From Candidatus Amesbacteria bacterium GW2011_GWB1_47_19 (GTDB lineage: Bacteria > Patescibacteriota > Microgenomatia > CAZETR01 > Amesbacteraceae), in NCBI GenBank assembly GCA_001002325.1, contig LCNZ01000001.1, positions 3,773 through 67,772 on the forward strand: a stretch of 64,000 nucleotides of DNA, in the 5' to 3' direction. Each line of letters begins with the position of its first letter. Within the stretch, counting starts at the first letter, position 1. Positions 59,086 to 64,000 of this stretch are shown one piece after another. A program made the translations under genes and the position numbers. The notes under the pieces are model-generated. The model ran no database searches, was not told the DNA's origin, and saw only the letters and a program-made list of their open reading frames with translations.

Positions 59086-60105
59086 TTAAGATTCAAGTTC
59101 CGGAGGTTGTTTTTCTTCGCCAGTTAAGGTGTGAGTTTGGGAGAGTTTTTGACCCAGGGAGTTAAAACCGCTGGAGACGTGGGACATCTGGTTGTAAGCA
59201 TTGGTGAGGTGGCGTCCCAAAACGCCCATATTTTCCTCCACCTTGGAATAGTCCTTTTGAATTGCCCGCAGGAGCCGAAAAACTTCGCGGGATTTGGTTT
59301 CCATCTCTTTTCCCTGAAAGGATACCAGCAAGACCTGCAAGTGGGCATAAAAAGTGGTAGGGGAAACGGGGTAAACCCGCATAGACCGGGCATAGTCCAT
59401 GAGGTCGGGAGTGTTGGCGACTTCATAATAAACGGGTTCCGAAGGGACGTACATCAGGGCAAAATCCATAGTCTTTTCTTCCGGCAAAATGTATTTTTTG
59501 GAGATATCCGAGATATGTTTTTTGACATCGGAGGAAAAATCTTTTTTAGCCTGGTTTCTGAGATTTTCCGTCTCACCTTTGACCATGAGATTGAAGTTTG
59601 CCATGGGGAATTTGGAATCGATACATAAAAGCCCGGCGTCGGTTTTGAGGACAGCGTCGGCCTTGACTCCGGATTTGAACGAATACTGCAAATGAAAGGC
59701 GTTTTTGGGGAATGCCTGGCCGATCATATCCGCTAAAACCTGCTCGCCGATGTTACCCCGGAGTTTGGGGCTCTGAAGGAAGTCCTGAAGTGATTTTATA
59801 CCTTTGCCCACCTCAGACATTTCACCCAAATTTTTTTGGACCGAACCGATAACTTTGGCAGCGTTGTCCAACCTCTCATTCAACTGGCGGGTGTTTTCCT
59901 GCAGGATCTTGGCCATATCCGAAGAAGACCCTCTCATAGCCTCGTTGAGGGTCTTGTTGGTAGCTTCGATGGAGTTCTGCATGCTTTGAAGCCAATGGGT
60001 GAGGGTGGAATCTGAGGGGGGAGGAGCATTTGATGCACGGCGAAGCTGAAGCCAAATAATGACGAAGCCGATAACGACTACTGCCAGAATAAGATACAAT
60101 TCCAT
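59086..60105 (-). CDS. rmuC: DNA recombination protein RmuC
   Basis: N-terminal TM, coiled coil, PKLRG..GE, IDSKFP, I..KYI, DFALMYVPSE. Confidence 0.9.
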   Translation of the reverse strand: MELYLILAVVVIGFVIIWLQLRRASNAPPPSDSTLTHWLQSMQNSIEATNKTLNEAMRGSSSDMAKILQENTRQLNERLDNAAKVIGSVQKNLGEMSEVGKGIKSLQDFLQSPKLRGNIGEQVLADMIGQAFPKNAFHLQYSFKSGVKADAVLKTDAGLLCIDSKFPMANFNLMVKGETENLRNQAKKDFSSDVKKHISDISKKYILPEEKTMDFALMYVPSEPVYYEVANTPDLMDYARSMRVYPVSPTTFYAHLQVLLVSFQGKEMETKSREVFRLLRAIQKDYSKVEENMGVLGRHLTNAYNQMSHVSSGFNSLGQKLSQTHTLTGEEKQPPELES

Positions 60106-60125
60106 ATATCAGGGTTATATTATAT

Positions 60126-60428
60126 ATGAGAATAAAGCAAAGCAGGCCCAGGGGGACTTTGGCAATAATCGGGTTGGTGCTGGTGCTGCTGGTTGTGTGG
60201 ATTTGGAAAGTGCCGCCGGAAAGCTGGTGGACGGAAGGAGTGGGAATAGTGTTGGCGGGGTTGTGTCTGTGGTTAACCGGAGCCTGGATTTCCGGTAAAA
60301 GGAGGTACGGTTGGGTGGTTGCGATTGGGGTAACCGTGCTGCTGATACTGAGACGGTGGGAGGTGCTGGACGCGCTGACTTTGGGACTAACTTTGGGGCT
60401 GTTGGGCTTGATAACTTTAATAATTTAA
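60126..60428 (+). CDS. small hypothetical membrane protein
   Basis: 100 aa, four hydrophobic segments. Confidence 0.65.
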   Translation: MRIKQSRPRGTLAIIGLVLVLLVVWIWKVPPESWWTEGVGIVLAGLCLWLTGAWISGKRRYGWVVAIGVTVLLILRRWEVLDALTLGLTLGLLGLITLII

Positions 60429-60447
60429 ACTATTCTTTAGTGAATAC

Positions 60448-60816
60448 ATGCAGGTATCTAAACAAAAGGTTAATCCTACATTGGAAAAACAGCTGTACCG
60501 GATGTGGGGGCAACTGATTGCGGATATTAAATTCCCTGCGGAGGCGGATAAAATATCGGAGAGTATATTTTCAACAACAGAATTGTTGACGATTATTAAA
60601 AGGCTGGGAGTAGCATACTGGCTAAGTAAGGGCAGAAGTTATGAAAACATTAAACAAAATCTGAAAGTTTCCAGTGCAACGATTGCCTCGATTCAGCAGG
60701 AGCTGAAAAAGCCGGGTTGGAAACTGGCGCTGGAGAAAGTAATGGCGGAAGAATGGGCAAGCAAGTGGGAAGAAAAAATCAAAAATTTGTTTAAGAGGGA
60801 TCAGAGTAAAAATTGA
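60448..60816 (+). CDS. TrpR/YerC-like HTH protein
   Basis: E...I.KRL..A..L..G.SY..I...L.VSSATIA. Confidence 0.8.
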   Translation: MQVSKQKVNPTLEKQLYRMWGQLIADIKFPAEADKISESIFSTTELLTIIKRLGVAYWLSKGRSYENIKQNLKVSSATIASIQQELKKPGWKLALEKVMAEEWASKWEEKIKNLFKRDQSKN

Positions 60817-62006
60817 CCGGATTTGTAGATGACTTTTTGGGTGCCGTCGGATAAATAGGCTGTCACAGTGCGGTCGGTGGTGCTGATAATGTCCGTATGA
60901 ACGACGGAGTTGTTGAAACCCATTTTCGCCCAGCCGGCCTGGGTAACTTTGGCGGGATTACCGGTGTATGAGTCCTGATAACTGTTGCCCAGGGCGATAT
61001 GGGTATTGCCGTAAGGGCCGGAGATATTTTCATCAAATAGGGTTTCGGCCATAAATTCGGTGATACGAGAAAGGCGTTTGTCGGTTAAGGAAAATTCGCC
61101 GATTTTGTCAGCGTCTTTGACTGCCAGCATGGCTTTGAGGACGGAGTAATTTTTGGCAGCGGAACTTTTGACAACCAGCCCGTCCTTGAATTGCAGTTTG
61201 ATGCCGGTAATCAGACTGCCATAACGATAAAGCGGTTGGTTGAAGCTGATGCGACCGTTGGTTCCCCGCCAGTCGGGGGAAATAAAGACTTCAAAGCTGG
61301 GAATATTACGCCCGCTACCTCCCAGCCATTTACGGCCAGGGCCGATTTTGACCCACAAATCTACATCCGGACCGAGAATATGCAGCCGGTCGATTTTCAA
61401 ACTGTTTAATTTGGCCAGGACGCGACCGCCGGTGGTAAAAACCTGTTTCCAGGCGGAGACTGGATCCGCAATATCCAGAAAACAGGCTTTGCTAATCTGA
61501 TCCCAGTATGCCTTGAGACCTAATTTCGCTTCTTTGGCCATGGCGGGGGTGCCGTAAAGAGCCAGGGTCCAGGTAAACTTACCGGCATTTTCTTTGGCGT
61601 CCAGCCAGTCTTTGAAAGGTTTCTGGGCGGTGCTTTTGGTCATGATCTTTTCAGGATCAATCCCTTCCAGTTCATGTTTGTCCGTTTCAGAAATAATGCC
61701 TATAGAGTGGTCTATTTCGTCAACCAGGCCGCGAAGATATTTACGGGGGAAAAACTTTAACTGAGCGGGATTGGCCAGTTCGAAAAAACGGCGGGAAACA
61801 TCGTCCGGCTGATAGAAAGTCAGGGGGTGACCGCCGGAGCGCAGAATTTGATCGCGCAGGGCAAGATACAGGGGTTTGGCGGATTCGGATACAACCAGGC
61901 GGACAACTTCACCCGGTTTAAGGCCCTTGCCGGAATTAAGGGCAAAATTCACCAGTACTTTAGCATACTTATCTAAAATGGCTTGAGAAGGGGCAAAAGT
62001 TGCCAT
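60801..62006 (-). CDS. aminopeptidase family M29 (AmpS/aminopeptidase II)
   Basis: KYA.VLV, NIPSFEVF, GEF, TLFDEN, HIALG, S.VH.D; start re-assigned to ATG 62006. Confidence 0.92.
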   Translation of the reverse strand: MATFAPSQAILDKYAKVLVNFALNSGKGLKPGEVVRLVVSESAKPLYLALRDQILRSGGHPLTFYQPDDVSRRFFELANPAQLKFFPRKYLRGLVDEIDHSIGIISETDKHELEGIDPEKIMTKSTAQKPFKDWLDAKENAGKFTWTLALYGTPAMAKEAKLGLKAYWDQISKACFLDIADPVSAWKQVFTTGGRVLAKLNSLKIDRLHILGPDVDLWVKIGPGRKWLGGSGRNIPSFEVFISPDWRGTNGRISFNQPLYRYGSLITGIKLQFKDGLVVKSSAAKNYSVLKAMLAVKDADKIGEFSLTDKRLSRITEFMAETLFDENISGPYGNTHIALGNSYQDSYTGNPAKVTQAGWAKMGFNNSVVHTDIISTTDRTVTAYLSDGTQKVIYKSGQFLL

Positions 62007-62052
62007 GGGTGGAGTATAGCATGTGGAGGGCATTTTAGTTAAAATCAGGCTT

Positions 62053-63444
62053 ATGAACAACAAATTCTATATCACTACTGCGATTGACTACACGAATGAT
62101 GTAATTCATGTGGGGCACTCCTACCAAAAACTGTTGGCTGATGTTCTGGCACGGTATCACAGACTAACCGGTGATGAGACGTATTTCCTGACCGGGACGG
62201 ATGAACACGGACAAAAGGTGGAAAAAAGTGCTGCTGAAAAAGGGATTGAACCAAAAGAGTTCGTTGACAAAATTGCTAAGGAAAATAAAAAAGAGTGGAA
62301 AAGCCTGAATATTTCATATGACAGATTTATCCGGACAACCGACGAGGATCATATAAAATTCGCTCAGGAGTTTTATCTAAAATCCAAAGCCACCGGGGAT
62401 ATCTACCTGTCAAAATACGAGGGGTTGTATTGTGAAGGCTGCGAAGCGTATCTGGAAGAGTCTGATTTGGTTGATGGAAAATGCCCTTTTCACCCGAACA
62501 AGGAACCTCAAAAGTTGGTAGAAGAAAATTATTTTTTCCGGCTGTCTAAATACCAGAAATTTATTGAGGAACTTCTGGAAAATAATCCCGAGTTTATATT
62601 TCCGGACAGCAAGAGGCGTGAAATATTAAGTTTTGTAAAGTCCGGGTTGAGAGATTTTTCGGTGAGTCGAAAAAATGTAAGGTGGGGAATACCGGTTCCC
62701 GATGACCAAGAACACACGATATACGTATGGTTCGACGCTTTGATAAATTATCTGACTTATGGGGTAGAGAAAAATTGTTGGCCGGCGAATATTCATGTAC
62801 TGGGAAAGGACAATCAACGGTTTCATGCAATTTTTTGGCCGGCAATGTTGAAAAGTGCGGGGTATGAATTACCAAAAACCATTCTGGTGCATAATTTTTT
62901 CAGCCTGAACGGACAAAAAATCAGTAAATCTCTGGGAAATGTAGTCAGGCCGTCAGAATTGGTGGCCAAATACGGTGCAGACGGGGTGCGCTATTTCTTT
63001 TTGCGGCACGGGCCACTTTTAGGGGATGTGGATATTACCTGGGACAAACTGACAGAAGTTTATAATGCGGATTTGGCAAACGGATTGGGGAATCTGGTGG
63101 CGCGCGTCGCGAAGCTGTGTGAAACCAGCGGATTTGAATTCGAAGAACAAAAAATCGGCTGGTATGACGATCTGGATGACAAGCTGAAGAATTACAGGTT
63201 TGATGAGGCATTGGGGTGGTTATGGGAGGTTTTGAAAAAAACTGACCAATTGATTGAACTGGAAAAACCCTGGGCTTTGTCTGGCGAAAAACTGAAAGAA
63301 GTGTTAGAGAAACTGGTATTACAGGTCAGGCTGGCGGGCTATAATTTACAGCCGTTTTTGCCGGAAACTGCAGAGAAAATTCTAGTCCAATTTAAAGGGC
63401 CAAGAATTGAAAGTGGTGCTCCCCTGTTTCCGAGAATTAAATAA
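62053..63444 (+). CDS. metG: methionyl-tRNA synthetase (short form)
   Basis: HVGH, GTDEHG, YCEGC..CPFH, YVWFDAL, KISKS; start re-assigned to ATG 62053. Confidence 0.96.
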   Translation: MNNKFYITTAIDYTNDVIHVGHSYQKLLADVLARYHRLTGDETYFLTGTDEHGQKVEKSAAEKGIEPKEFVDKIAKENKKEWKSLNISYDRFIRTTDEDHIKFAQEFYLKSKATGDIYLSKYEGLYCEGCEAYLEESDLVDGKCPFHPNKEPQKLVEENYFFRLSKYQKFIEELLENNPEFIFPDSKRREILSFVKSGLRDFSVSRKNVRWGIPVPDDQEHTIYVWFDALINYLTYGVEKNCWPANIHVLGKDNQRFHAIFWPAMLKSAGYELPKTILVHNFFSLNGQKISKSLGNVVRPSELVAKYGADGVRYFFLRHGPLLGDVDITWDKLTEVYNADLANGLGNLVARVAKLCETSGFEFEEQKIGWYDDLDDKLKNYRFDEALGWLWEVLKKTDQLIELEKPWALSGEKLKEVLEKLVLQVRLAGYNLQPFLPETAEKILVQFKGPRIESGAPLFPRIK

Positions 63445-63493
63445 ATCTTTACAATTTAAGTGCTTCGGGTATAATTTGGTGGGAGGTGATCAT

Positions 63494-63985
63494 TTGAAAC
63501 TACCAACAATTGATTTTTCGACTTATAAATATCCACTGAGGTTTCTGCTTTTAGGTAACGAGGATACATGGAGTGCTTTTTTGCAGGTGATTGAAGATTT
63601 GACCCCGGATCAATTGGCTTATAAGCACCAAGATTACTCCCAGAGAACTATTGCGGAGATGGTCAACCATGCCCTGGATACCCAATACGGGTTTTATACC
63701 CAGCATGTGGTTTTGGGTAATCCCATACCGGAGAATTTATATAAAGACCTTCCCAAAACAACAGAAGAAGGCATAAAGCGGGTGGTTGAGGTGTATAAAA
63801 AAACCTGTAACTTGTGGAAAGGGCTAAACGAAGACGTTTTTCGGAAAGAAATTAAGACTGAATGGGGACAGGTTTTAACCGGAGAACTGGCATTGTTTCA
63901 GTCCGTTACCCACACCCATTACCACTTAAGTGAAATCTGTTTTTTGAGAGGCTTGGGAGGATTCCCTACCCAAGTGATGGGGTAG
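63494..63985 (+). CDS. DinB/YfiT-family protein
   Basis: RTIAEMVNH, HTHYHLSEI..LR; TTG start after a GGAGGTGATC Shine-Dalgarno. Confidence 0.75.
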   Translation: MKLPTIDFSTYKYPLRFLLLGNEDTWSAFLQVIEDLTPDQLAYKHQDYSQRTIAEMVNHALDTQYGFYTQHVVLGNPIPENLYKDLPKTTEEGIKRVVEVYKKTCNLWKGLNEDVFRKEIKTEWGQVLTGELALFQSVTHTHYHLSEICFLRGLGGFPTQVMG

Positions 63986-64000
63986 GATTGTAAAGCAGCT

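Noticed and set aside
296-63000. Many long antisense or alternate-frame ORFs in the track (e.g. 14479-15504, 16927-17694, 24703-25275)
   Set aside because: Shadows of well-supported genes, with no motifs of their own
1-64000. Alternative genetic code (UGA=Gly as in Gracilibacteria/SR1, or UAG recoding)
   Set aside because: Conserved genes are uninterrupted under code 11 and end at expected positions with TGA (tuf) or TAG (rpsJ)

Overview
Compact chromosomal window from a bacterium using the standard code (TGA is a stop). It is most consistent with a Patescibacteria/CPR (Microgenomates-like) genome, an inference from the missing rpmD, N-terminally truncated IF2, short HrcA/MetG and many apparently leaderless genes. 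Contents: rpsO-infB-nusA; a detached dnaJ; fusA and tuf separated by a RelE/RHH toxin-antitoxin pair; the S10-spc-alpha ribosomal block ending at rpsK; hrcA-grpE-dnaK with CIRCE; lepA, murJ and rpsT; a PilN/PilO, sortase-signal, multi GT-C glycosylation and LCP envelope cluster; pcrA; two FemABX genes; an intein-containing UvrD-nuclease; rnhB; a small accessory cluster; rmuC; an aminopeptidase; metG. No tRNA, rRNA or CRISPR array was seen. Most interesting signals: (1) more than 15 degenerate 7-nt-periodic arrays, many read in frame inside essential proteins; (2) a DUF559 nuclease gene bracketed by perfect 24-bp inverted hairpin repeats with a possible TTTA duplication; (3) an intein whose central domain looks GIY-YIG-like rather than LAGLIDADG; (4) leaderless and bidirectional promoter architecture and candidate RNA leaders for rpsO, nusA and rplC. 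All family calls come from motif recognition by eye, not database searches.
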